Virus record (IMG/VR): IMGVR_UViG_3300021964_000070
Location: 1 to 59,538 of that record
Strand: one strand, 5' to 3'
DNA: 59,538 nucleotides
From: a virus
Taxonomy: Duplodnaviria; Caudoviricetes
Part shown: in pieces, positions 51,650 through 59,538 of the stretch
Position numbering within the stretch: position 1 is the first letter of the stretch
How the letters are laid out: every line of letters starts with the position of its first letter
Notes under the pieces: model-generated
What the model saw: only the letters and a program-made list of their open reading frames with translations
Database searches by the model: none
Told to the model about the DNA's origin: nothing
Program-made: the position numbers and the translations under genes

Positions 51650-52504
51650 TTAACCTACTAAAAAGCCGCTAAATCTTGGATTGTATCCTGAAGCAGCTGT
51701 GCCTGCATAAACATAACTGATTTCTACAAACAGTCGTACATAGTCACCAGAATTTAATGTAACACTACAAGCAGAAGAAACATTTGGGTAATGGACAGAA
51801 CTTGCTACATACCCGTAACCATGTGAAATTTCAGACCAGCTACTACCACTGTCTGTAGATTTTTCTATATTAACCTTACCAGACACATTGGCCGCTATCC
51901 CGCCTCCCGTTGAATTACACCCAAGTCCAGAAAACGCAAAATGATAGAAACCGTTTACAGGAGCTTCAAATCTATTATTTGAAGTGCTCCAATATGAGCC
52001 AACATTAGTGTCAACAGTATTAAAAGTATGTTGACCAGTTTGAGCCGCAATAACACTCGCTTCAACTTGTGCAACAGAAAATGCTGGTCTAGCTGGTGTA
52101 AAAATACGACCAGTGCTATCAATAGTCATCGCATTATTCGTGCCGCTACTGTCCTTAATTGTCGCTGTATTTAAAGAAGAAGTAATATTAGCCGTGCTTG
52201 CAGTAAAAGAAGAAGTATTATCCAGTTCAATTCTAACCGTGCGCTCGGCATACCCACGATAAATTACATACACGTTACCTGTTCCAGAGGAAGGCGCAGA
52301 AGAAAACGTCAGAGTTGTACCGCTGGCGGTATAAGCCTTTCCAGAGCCGGGCTCCTGCTGGACGTTGTTTACGAACACCTCTAGCTCTTCACTAACATCT
52401 ACAGACTTATTTAAGGTAAATACAGTTGTAGAGCCGTCACCATTGAAGCTCTGGCTGGTGGGTACTGCTGGTGATGTGGCAGGAGAAGAGCCTATGTATG
52501 ACAT
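51650..52504 (-). CDS. Fibre module with C1q-like C-terminal domain
   Basis: MSYIG; FNGDGSTTVFTL; RPAF...RFEAPVNGFYHF...FSGFLVG. Confidence 0.75.
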   Translation of the reverse strand: MSYIGSSPATSPAVPTSQSFNGDGSTTVFTLNKSVDVSEELEVFVNNVQQEPGSGKAYTASGTTLTFSSAPSSGTGNVYVIYRGYAERTVRIELDNTSSFTASTANITSSLNTATIKDSSGTNNAMTIDSTGRIFTPARPAFSVAQVEASVIAAQTGQHTFNTVDTNVGSYWSTSNNRFEAPVNGFYHFAFSGLGCNSTGGGIAANVSGKVNIEKSTDSGSSWSEISHGYGYVASSVHYPNVSSACSVTLNSGDYVRLFVEISYVYAGTAASGYNPRFSGFLVG

Positions 52505-52515
52505 CCTAAAACCCC

Positions 52516-53070
52516 TTATGCATCATCTGTTTGGTAAGTTATGTGTAAAATGGTCGTTGCGGTGCCATTTGTTACGACCGCATTAGTAGTAGCGACATTA
52601 AAAGTTCCAGCAACTGGAAAACCCATATTAATTATTTTTGTGTTATAAGCAGCATATCCCATAGGAGTGTAACCAGCAGCCCAAGCAGAATAGTTAGTAA
52701 AATAACTAACCGTAGCAGATGCATTGTAATCTGTAAGATTTTTTACTGTAAACGGTAATCCAACTATGGTCAGGTTTTGTCCTGATGCTCCGCCATTTGT
52801 ATAACTTGCAGTGCCAGTAGGTGAAGTTATTGTAATATCAGCGTGTACTAAATTACCTATTCTAACATATTCACCTATTTGATTTACATAAGTCCCACTT
52901 AAAATTCCTACGGTAGGGTCGGTTGCCGTAGTTGAGGAATATTCAGGAGTGAATGTACCTGTTCTTACTATACCTGTCAAAGCAGAGCCATCAATAGCTG
53001 GCAATGCACCAGTTAATTTAGATGCGGCAACACTACTAATCTGGTTGTTGCCTACTTCACTCTCAGCCAT
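52516..53070 (-). CDS. Fibre tip-like protein
   Basis: GTFTP...GEYVRIGNLV...VGLPF. Confidence 0.65.
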   Translation of the reverse strand: MAESEVGNNQISSVAASKLTGALPAIDGSALTGIVRTGTFTPEYSSTTATDPTVGILSGTYVNQIGEYVRIGNLVHADITITSPTGTASYTNGGASGQNLTIVGLPFTVKNLTDYNASATVSYFTNYSAWAAGYTPMGYAAYNTKIINMGFPVAGTFNVATTNAVVTNGTATTILHITYQTDDA

Positions 53071-53408
53071 CAGGTAATCTCCAGTACAGATAAGACCGCA
53101 TCACAGGAATTGTCCTGAGAAGCATATACTTTCAGGATGTCTGTCGCGTTCATAACAATCTTTTGGTCGCCACCAGCAACCACGAGAGAAGAGCCAACGG
53201 GCACAATAGCATCCTTAACAAGGTGCGTTATAGTGGTCCCTCCGTCTACAAATTCGACAGTGACAGTAATTGAGCTCGTTAGAATGTTGGCAATGTTCAA
53301 ACCAATAATGGTTGTTTCTGTCGATGCTGGGCAAGTGTATATAGTTGTTTTGCCTGTACTCGATGTATCTATGTTTTGAGCGGTAAATGTTTTAAATGCG
53401 TTTGCCAT
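53070..53408 (-). CDS. Small virion structural protein
   Basis: MANAFK...IYTCP...IIGLNIAN...SVLEIT. Confidence 0.65.
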   Translation of the reverse strand: MANAFKTFTAQNIDTSSTGKTTIYTCPASTETTIIGLNIANILTSSITVTVEFVDGGTTITHLVKDAIVPVGSSLVVAGGDQKIVMNATDILKVYASQDNSCDAVLSVLEIT

Positions 53409-53412
53409 ATCT

Positions 53413-53988
53413 TCATCCTAACGCTATAGCGAAAGCCAAACTGTTATCTGTAAAGTTTACAGGTGTGCCTGACGCATCGTTATAAATCATCTTTTCTCCG
53501 GGCATTGTACAAAATATTGTACGAGTACCCGCAGGCCAATCAATCTTGCTGTCACCAAAAGTAAGCGCTGTGTCATCTGCTAATGTCACGGCCTCACTTA
53601 ACACAATGTTATTCTGGTCTGTAACAGTGGCAATAGTAACAACCCCTGATATACCCGTTCCACGCACCCTTTGACCCGCTACAAGCGTACCCACATTACC
53701 ATCTACGGCTACGCTGGTAGATCCTGACACCGCGCCGTTTACGTCCGCCGTAGCGGTATCGCTAGTGCTCTCAAATATGGTGTCTCTGGACAGGGTTGTA
53801 CCAGACGCAGTGTATGTTCCTATGCCAACCTCAAAGTCCGTGCCGTCAGTGCAGGAATAATATGTTGTATTCCCATCACCTATTTCCGTAAAAGCATCAA
53901 AACCACCAACGGCACCAGCAAGAGTTAACGTGCCAGTGCCTGTCGTGGATGTTGTTTCTTTAACACGGTCTTTGATGACTAAAGCCAT
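53413..53988 (-). CDS. Tail structural protein with inserted beta domain
   Basis: DRVKETTSTTGTGTLTL...FEVGIGTY; ends AFAIALG. Confidence 0.7.
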   Translation of the reverse strand: MALVIKDRVKETTSTTGTGTLTLAGAVGGFDAFTEIGDGNTTYYSCTDGTDFEVGIGTYTASGTTLSRDTIFESTSDTATADVNGAVSGSTSVAVDGNVGTLVAGQRVRGTGISGVVTIATVTDQNNIVLSEAVTLADDTALTFGDSKIDWPAGTRTIFCTMPGEKMIYNDASGTPVNFTDNSLAFAIALG

Positions 53989-55037
53989 TACTTCAACTCA
54001 ATACTCAGGTTAGTTGCGTTGATACGGAAAATATCGCCAGAAGCGATTGTCTTGCTTGCATCAAGCTCACCAATAAACATTGTATTACCGCCGTCAAACC
54101 AGAGCTTTGTATCATCCGCTATGGTGACAGTAGTATCCAATGTTATAGATGCCTGTGATGTCACACCAGCTACCCTAACAACAGTAGAGGCACCAGTGTT
54201 ATAAACAATGTCACCAACAGAGATTGTCGCGCCAGTATTACCGTCCAAAGCTACGCTGGTAGAGCCAGACACAGCTCCATTCACCACTGCTACCCCAATA
54301 GCCGCATCTGAAACAAAGGCGTGGGTTACAGTATAGCTTGCAATGCCGCTAGAAGCTGACCACTCAACATTTCCATCATTGATGACTTGCTGTTGGTCAG
54401 AAATAACTGTGTCCCCAGCCGTATGCGCCGCAGCAGTTGTGCTAGATGTGCCACGAGTACACCCTGTTAAAATGCTGGTGCCATCAAAGGTAAGGGCAAC
54501 GTCATCTGACAAGGTTACAGCGGTGTCTACGGTAACAGTAGGGGAGCTAAAAGCAGTTACACGAACTGTGCCAGAAATACCTGTTCCTGTTACCACCATG
54601 CCCACAGCAATTGTGCCAGAAACACCGTCTACAGCAATGGATGTAGAGCTTGAAACCGCGCCATTTACGTTAGCCGTTGCCGTTGTGTCTTTGCCGGTAT
54701 AGGTGATGATTTCATCATTTATAGAAACAGTCCCGGATGTTGGGAAAGCTTCGGCATCTGTTAGAGCTAAAGAAGTCTGAGAAGCGTCAGCGTTTTGACC
54801 CAATGTAGTCACAGATTGCTTCCAGTTAGCCGCAGTTATCTGCTGACGAACATAGTTTGCATCTTCTGATGCTACACTTACCTCGGTTAAATTACCCTTT
54901 TCAGCATTTGATACTGCGGTAGCCAAACCAACATATATACTGTCGCCGGGCGAAGCGAAGGAAAGAGAGTCATTCTTGAACAGATAGTCCAAGATGCGTC
55001 TTTCCAGATACGTGGTTGCCGCGTTACTTGTTGCCAT
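53988..55037 (-). CDS. Tail structural protein with nested inserted domains
   Basis: YLE..ILD...IYVGLAT...YVRQ...THAFV...KTIASGDIFRI core. Confidence 0.7.
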   Translation of the reverse strand: MATSNAATTYLERRILDYLFKNDSLSFASPGDSIYVGLATAVSNAEKGNLTEVSVASEDANYVRQQITAANWKQSVTTLGQNADASQTSLALTDAEAFPTSGTVSINDEIITYTGKDTTATANVNGAVSSSTSIAVDGVSGTIAVGMVVTGTGISGTVRVTAFSSPTVTVDTAVTLSDDVALTFDGTSILTGCTRGTSSTTAAAHTAGDTVISDQQQVINDGNVEWSASSGIASYTVTHAFVSDAAIGVAVVNGAVSGSTSVALDGNTGATISVGDIVYNTGASTVVRVAGVTSQASITLDTTVTIADDTKLWFDGGNTMFIGELDASKTIASGDIFRINATNLSIELK

Positions 55038-55048
55038 TTCACAAACTC

Positions 55049-55696
55049 CTACGTTCTTGGCCTATCTGGTAAGCCCCGTCTATATGCATCACTGTTTTCT
55101 CTGGCCTCTGCCAAATCTTTCAGTCGTTGAATTTCCTGCGCGAACCGCTGTTCGTACAGTTGCATCATATCAGCTTCACCCTTCATGTAAGTATATGCTT
55201 CCACGAGTGAACCGTAAAGAAGAGCGTTTGGGGCGTTTTCGCTCAACCATGATGTGCCGCCATCCGCGCCAGCAGTCAAGCTGGCTGGACGATAATAATA
55301 ATGAAGTTCTACTGTATACGCAGAATCCGGAGTGGGTCCTAATAAGAAATTATCCACATCAAAAATGGCATAATATTTTGGAAGCCCTGTTGAGCCTTTA
55401 TCATTTGTAAACTGCTGTACGTAGTTTACGTCTTTAATTAATAAAAACTCTTTGTTGCCTGCTGTTGTTATCTGTAAAGAAAAAGGAGACAAATAATCGC
55501 TAGGCACACTTAAATAAGGGTCACTCGCCGTTAGGGTCGAAGTAGCGTTTTTACGGAAAAGCTCTAGATCAACCAGAGTAAAAACACGGTCTTCCGCGCC
55601 ACGAATGAATACAGGCAGGTTGGTTACAAAAGATGTCTCAGTATTTTCTGTAAAATCCTGTATAGCAGTTTTTAATTGGCCGTATGTAAAAGACAT
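55049..55696 (-). CDS. Tail adaptor/tubular protein
   Basis: YGQLKTAIQDFTEN...GLPKYYA...GPTPD...LLYGSL. Confidence 0.75.
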   Translation of the reverse strand: MSFTYGQLKTAIQDFTENTETSFVTNLPVFIRGAEDRVFTLVDLELFRKNATSTLTASDPYLSVPSDYLSPFSLQITTAGNKEFLLIKDVNYVQQFTNDKGSTGLPKYYAIFDVDNFLLGPTPDSAYTVELHYYYRPASLTAGADGGTSWLSENAPNALLYGSLVEAYTYMKGEADMMQLYEQRFAQEIQRLKDLAEARENSDAYRRGLPDRPRT

Positions 55697-55706
55697 CCGT
55701 TATCTC

Positions 55707-56210
55707 CTATGCAGAAAGCGTAACGGGGCCAGCGGTCGCATTTTCACCGCCGCCTCGTGTATTACCTGTTGTTGCGGTTCCGCTGGAGGCTGTGAACGTA
55801 TATGTGTCAGAAGTGACCACAGTGATTGTATAACCCGACGCATTTTCTATTACCGCCTTTGTAAAACCATCAAAACCCTCTACTGTCCGAAACCGCACCA
55901 CATCAGACGTGCTTCGTCCGTGGGCGGCCTCTATAACAGTTATAACGCTGGAACCGGAAGAACCAGACTGAAAGGAGTTTACTCCCAGCAAACGAGCCAC
56001 TTCCGGCTCTGTTCTGTCTGGTCTAGCGTCCTTTAAAGCCTGCGGCTCCATAGGCGGCTTTCTAGGCTCAAGCTGCGGGTGTTTTGGTTCATATTCGTCT
56101 TTTCCTACAATCAGCCCGTTCCACTCTTTACGCATATCTTCATACCGATAGCGCATCCCCGAACGGTCTGACGTAAAAAAAGCGTTTTTACCAACAGCGA
56201 ACTTAGACAT
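55707..56210 (-). CDS. Head-tail region protein with FCCH-like domain
   Basis: SDRSG.RY...EWNG...EPKHPQL; C-terminal HGRSTSDVVRF domain. Confidence 0.65.
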   Translation of the reverse strand: MSKFAVGKNAFFTSDRSGMRYRYEDMRKEWNGLIVGKDEYEPKHPQLEPRKPPMEPQALKDARPDRTEPEVARLLGVNSFQSGSSGSSVITVIEAAHGRSTSDVVRFRTVEGFDGFTKAVIENASGYTITVVTSDTYTFTASSGTATTGNTRGGGENATAGPVTLSA

Positions 56211-56878
56211 CAACCGACCCTAAAATAATCAAATTGAGGAACAACATTGAAAGACGCACGATCCCGGTCTTCCGCCATTGCTCTTTCAAACTCCTCTTCA
56301 TACATAGCTTTTAAAAGTTGTACCCTGTTAGGCGCTCTTTTAATAGAAATATAATAAGCAAGGCCAGCAGCTAAACACGGATAAAGCCTAAACGGCACTT
56401 CCATAGTATTTAGGGCGCTATCCGCGTCATCCATTCTAACCAGCGCGTCGTAGTAAACTACGTCTGTGCTATTGTCCGGAACAGGCCACAGTTTTAAAGA
56501 AGGTGTTATTTGACGGTCTAAAAAGAACTGGCTGGGGCGACCAGAAGTTGTTTTATTAGGGATAGACAAATGCGTGTCCCTACTAATCCTGTCTAAGCTA
56601 TAATCCGTGCCGCTTCTTTGAATTACTACCGATAAAATATCAATAACATCGTCACTCACAGAATAAGCCGACGTGCCGGAAACCATGGTTTCCGACCGTC
56701 TTTTTATTGTCCACTGGTTAAGCCCGCGGTTAGCCCACTCTGCCAACATAAGGTTTAAAGAGCGCTTTGCGGTTTTGAGGTCATACCCTGTACGAACCTC
56801 TAGCCCACAGCGTTCAAAAGCCTCTTCTATATAATCAGAGACATCCAGTTCAAAATTTTTGCTACCGGAAGTAGTCAT
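56210..56878 (-). CDS. Head-to-tail connector/adaptor protein
   Basis: IEEAFERCG...AKRSLNL...WANRGLNQW...GRPSQ...WPVP. Confidence 0.75.
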   Translation of the reverse strand: MTTSGSKNFELDVSDYIEEAFERCGLEVRTGYDLKTAKRSLNLMLAEWANRGLNQWTIKRRSETMVSGTSAYSVSDDVIDILSVVIQRSGTDYSLDRISRDTHLSIPNKTTSGRPSQFFLDRQITPSLKLWPVPDNSTDVVYYDALVRMDDADSALNTMEVPFRLYPCLAAGLAYYISIKRAPNRVQLLKAMYEEEFERAMAEDRDRASFNVVPQFDYFRVG

Positions 56879-56879
56879 C

Positions 56880-57017
56880 TTACTTCTTCTTTACCATTCC
56901 GCCGCCGCGCATCTTCTTTACCATTCCGCCGCCGCGCATCTTCTTTACCATGCCACCACCGCGCATCTTCTTTACGGCACCGCCCTTTTTCATCATTTTA
57001 CGTGGTTTCATCGCCAT
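56880..57017 (-). CDS. Small basic repeat protein (not in ORF track)
   Basis: MAMKPRKMMKKGGAV(KKMRGGGMV)3KKK; AGGAG RBS; 27-bp tandem repeat. Confidence 0.8.
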   Translation of the reverse strand: MAMKPRKMMKKGGAVKKMRGGGMVKKMRGGGMVKKMRGGGMVKKK

Positions 57018-57585
57018 TTTTTAATCTCCTGTAAAGCTCGGCACGTTTTTCAAAAAGTTCTTCCGCGTCATATTCCGCTAGATAGTTGTCATAATATCCT
57101 TTTTTAGCCAATTTGTCTGCTGATTCTTGTACTTTACTTAAGCGCTGAACAAAAATTAGAGCATACTCGTCTTCTACCAATTGCATAAAGCTGCTATCAT
57201 CAATAAAATCATTTTGCTCATCGTGGGGATGAAAGCCCATTAGCCAAATGTCTTTATCAATAAAAACTCCCCCAGATATAGCCTCATTCATCTGGTCTAA
57301 GTAGTCGTGGAAATCATCGGGATTTTCTTTAAAAGCTTTGTCCACGATGATAACTAAATCAAATTGGTCCTCCCACTGCGAAATTGTGCTGTATAAAACC
57401 TGAAAATTTTTGTCATACTTAAATAGAATTATAACCTTGTCGTCTTCCCACGCTTTTTGAGCAAACGGGCATGGGGGCAATCCGTTATAATACGGATTGG
57501 GCTTTTGTAATGTATAAGCTGACCAAGCTATTATTTCCTTACAGATCTCTTGCTCATTATCTACGTAAAACCGCATATTATTCAT
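56998..57585 (-). CDS. DUF1415-like acidic protein
   Basis: LPPCPFA...MGFHP...IFVQRL pattern. Confidence 0.55.
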   Translation of the reverse strand: MNNMRFYVDNEQEICKEIIAWSAYTLQKPNPYYNGLPPCPFAQKAWEDDKVIILFKYDKNFQVLYSTISQWEDQFDLVIIVDKAFKENPDDFHDYLDQMNEAISGGVFIDKDIWLMGFHPHDEQNDFIDDSSFMQLVEDEYALIFVQRLSKVQESADKLAKKGYYDNYLAEYDAEELFEKRAELYRRLKNGDETT

Positions 57586-57968
57586 GCTTGCGACACCGAT
57601 CCTTTAGTTCTTTTACGGCGATTTTCCATAACTCTTCCGCATCCCCGCGCAACTGCTGTCCCCCTTACTTTTGGCCCCGTAAATGGTCTTTTAGCCGACG
57701 TATTATACCCGGCAACTCCTCCGTTAGCCATTTTAGTAACTTTTGCAGCCTTAGTGTTTGCCACAACTTGCTTTCCTTTAGCTCCCTCACGCTTCTTTTT
57801 ACGCGCTGTTGCAGCGCGTTCCGCCTTACTAAGGCGTTGAGCCTTACGTCTAGGCAGGCAACGGTCAGGGTTACGCTTATTTTTTGACGTGCCACACGGG
57901 CCCGCGATATTGCCGCTGCTATCAATTCTGACCCACTCTTCATCTACCCACTCCTGTAACTTACCCAT
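57582..57968 (-). CDS. Basic protein (DUF5872-like) with MANGG motif
   Basis: LQEWVDEEWVRI...CG...RCLP...TARKK...GKQVVANT. Confidence 0.65.
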   Translation of the reverse strand: MGKLQEWVDEEWVRIDSSGNIAGPCGTSKNKRNPDRCLPRRKAQRLSKAERAATARKKKREGAKGKQVVANTKAAKVTKMANGGVAGYNTSAKRPFTGPKVRGTAVARGCGRVMENRRKRTKGSVSQA

Positions 57969-58162
57969 TATTTGCCCTTTCTTTCGCCGCCTTTGGCTTT
58001 TTTAGCATAATTAGGGTCTTTACAATATTTTGAAGCCGCCAAGTTTGCATAAGCTGACGGGTATGTATCAAAGGTGCGCTGTGCCCAAGCCTTACCTTCC
58101 GGGCAAATTTTGCTACCTTTTGATTTCGAGGAAGCGCTTTTTGACTTTCTGGAATAGGCCAT
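57968..58162 (-). CDS. Small basic protein
   Basis: FDTYPSAYAN...KYCK; TAATG coupling. Confidence 0.7.
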   Translation of the reverse strand: MAYSRKSKSASSKSKGSKICPEGKAWAQRTFDTYPSAYANLAASKYCKDPNYAKKAKGGERKGK

Positions 58163-58320
58163 TATATAAACCTTTCAGCAACCGCCGCTGCAATTATTAA
58201 AGCAGCAATACCCCAAAGCCGTAAATCCAGCTTGTCTAATTGATTTTGAATATGCGCGTAACGGCGGTTACACTCTTCTTCATGCTTTTCTAAAAGTTTT
58301 AGCACATCATCAGCTTGCAT
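58162..58320 (-). CDS. Small coiled-coil plus TM protein (not in ORF track)
   Basis: MQADDVLKLLEKHEEECNRRYAHIQNQLDKLDLRLWGIAALIIAAAVAERFI. Confidence 0.7.
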   Translation of the reverse strand: MQADDVLKLLEKHEEECNRRYAHIQNQLDKLDLRLWGIAALIIAAAVAERFI

Positions 58321-58321
58321 T

Positions 58322-58609
58322 TTAACATTTCCATCTTCTACGAGCTTGTCTTAAACGGCTATTGGGATTTTTTGCCGCTTTGGGGAACTTTTTCATTTGA
58401 CCCGCGCTACGAGCGCAGAACGACTTACGACGCTTTGCGTCCTTACTACCTTTTTTGACCTTACCAGTTACAGCGGTCTTTAACTTTGAGCCGGGATTTG
58501 CGCGTCTATACGCAGCCACTCCGGCCTTAGTCATTCCCGCGCCACTAGCTGTGGACCGGAAATTCTTTTTGTTCCGAGCAGGCATTTTGGCTTTTCTGCG
58601 TTCAGCCAT
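58322..58609 (-). CDS. Highly basic protein (DUF6321-like)
   Basis: GMTKAGVAAYRRANPGSKL...RRKSFCARS...RRRWKC. Confidence 0.75.
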   Translation of the reverse strand: MAERRKAKMPARNKKNFRSTASGAGMTKAGVAAYRRANPGSKLKTAVTGKVKKGSKDAKRRKSFCARSAGQMKKFPKAAKNPNSRLRQARRRWKC

Positions 58610-59346
58610 TATGGGATCTCCTGAACTAAATAACCCTCGCCAAAAATACCTACTTCCGCTGTAGTGCTATTAACTTTGGCTTGAAATTCCAAAGTTGTTT
58701 TTTCCGAAACTTTAAACGGGAGAACTCTTTGTATGTCCATTCGTTGAGCAAACGTAGTTTCTGCCACATTAAAAATGCGCCCATCACTGAAGGTGTTTTT
58801 ATTTAGGAAAGTTATATACTTACTTGCGCCGGTGGCTGTCGCAGAAAAAGCGTCAATACGCGCTAAGTAAAAAGAGTAACCCGCGGGTACGGTAAATATA
58901 GCCGCTTGATTTCTGCCTGTTCCAGCGTTTATTTGTGCATACACTACTGTGGAAATTTTAGCGGTCACATTACCCGCACAATTACCTGATAGTGTAATAA
59001 AATCGTTAATAGCCTTAAAACTGTTTGTGGTTGTAACTGTGGTTGTACCATTTAAGCTGATATTTTCAGCTATGATGTTATAATCTGCATCAAGCCCAAT
59101 TAAACGAACAACCTGCGTCGTATCCCCCGCATCACTACTTGCTACGTCTAACTGAGCCGCAGGGCTAATCAACGGCAACGCATTTGTATTAGCAAGCTCC
59201 CACGGCGTTCTATACGAAGTTCCTATGGATGCATTAAAACCAAAAATATTTCGTACAGAATGGTACGTTATTTGGCCTCGGGCAATTTGAAGCTCAAACG
59301 GCTCCGAAGTCCCTACTCTTGATATGGAACTAACTTCACGAGCCAT
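58609..59346 (-). CDS. Virion structural protein
   Basis: 245 aa; FELQIARGQ...IFGFN...GLDADY...FTVPAG; GGAGG RBS. Confidence 0.7.
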   Translation of the reverse strand: MAREVSSISRVGTSEPFELQIARGQITYHSVRNIFGFNASIGTSYRTPWELANTNALPLISPAAQLDVASSDAGDTTQVVRLIGLDADYNIIAENISLNGTTTVTTTNSFKAINDFITLSGNCAGNVTAKISTVVYAQINAGTGRNQAAIFTVPAGYSFYLARIDAFSATATGASKYITFLNKNTFSDGRIFNVAETTFAQRMDIQRVLPFKVSEKTTLEFQAKVNSTTAEVGIFGEGYLVQEIP

Positions 59347-59358
59347 TCGAGCCTCCTG

Positions 59359-59538
59359 TTATGACAAGAAGACAGTCACGCTATCCAAAGCGGTTTCGTC
59401 TATATACAGGTCTGTATCGAAACGAATGCCGTCATCTGGAATGTTGACTGAAAAAGTGTCACTTGTTTGAAGGTCAAGTTGTAGCCTGACCGTGCCACTG
59501 GCTCCGCCATCCTTTAAAACGATGGCAGGCGTACCCGC
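59359..59538 (-). CDS. 3' part of a divergent allele of 255..527 (truncated)
   Basis: AGTPAIVLKDGGASGTVRLQLDLQTSDTFSVNIPDDGIRFDTDLYIDETALDSVTVFLS aligns with GTPRLTITDGNGG...SVNIPAEGIR...VTVFYN. Confidence 0.75.
   Translation of the reverse strand, partial: AGTPAIVLKDGGASGTVRLQLDLQTSDTFSVNIPDDGIRFDTDLYIDETALDSVTVFLS

Noticed and set aside
56880-56975. 27-bp repeats (and 30-bp repeats at 46852) as a mini-CRISPR array
   Set aside because: No spacers; the repeats are in-frame coding tandem repeats; no cas genes.
764-58664. Numerous plus-strand ORFs antisense to structural genes
   Set aside because: Shadow ORFs of well-supported minus-strand genes, lacking RBSs and motifs.
1-59538. Integrase, tRNA genes, phage RNA polymerase, introns or inteins
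   Set aside because: None recognisable by eye; PolA, TerL and the helicases are uninterrupted and of normal length. tRNAscan was not run.

Overview
Essentially complete ~59.1 kb genome of a lytic tailed dsDNA phage with podovirus-like architecture. It has no tape-measure, sheath or integrase gene and carries a large ejection-protein block. Gene content and order (PolA, SF1 and SNF2 helicases, AEP-type primase, GroES, GH108 lysin, MAISRAQL-type capsid) resemble marine alphaproteobacterial phages of the HTVC023P/CRP-901-like group; this is inference, not a database result. Nearly all genes are on the minus strand. Bases 1-127 recur exactly at 59105-59231, after which the two ends diverge, so the contig looks circular with a variant allele at the tip. 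The most striking feature is a proposed multi-layer control system for the early genes. (1) An unannotated ~75-nt sRNA at ~20707-20781 (-) has its own TTGTAT-17-TATAAT promoter, a 5' hairpin and a terminator. Its single-stranded seed AUUUCCCGUAGUUG is antisense to a conserved AACTACGGGAG ribosome-binding leader in front of the first gene of about 8 early cassettes. (2) Octamer operators phased at 10 bp overlap about 12 promoters, and an unannotated ribbon-helix-helix protein is the candidate regulator. (3) A second small RNA candidate carries an anti-SD motif. Other highlights are an HlyC-family (RTX toxin-activating) acyltransferase inside the ejection-protein operon next to a Gly-rich candidate substrate, an ArfA-like ribosome-rescue ORF interrupted by its own terminator, a perfect parS site without a phage ParB, a dispersed CCGTG-NN-CCGCG motif, and shared [FMY]xxGG and GIxSL peptide motifs in putative capsid cargo proteins. 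All family assignments are from motif recognition by eye.
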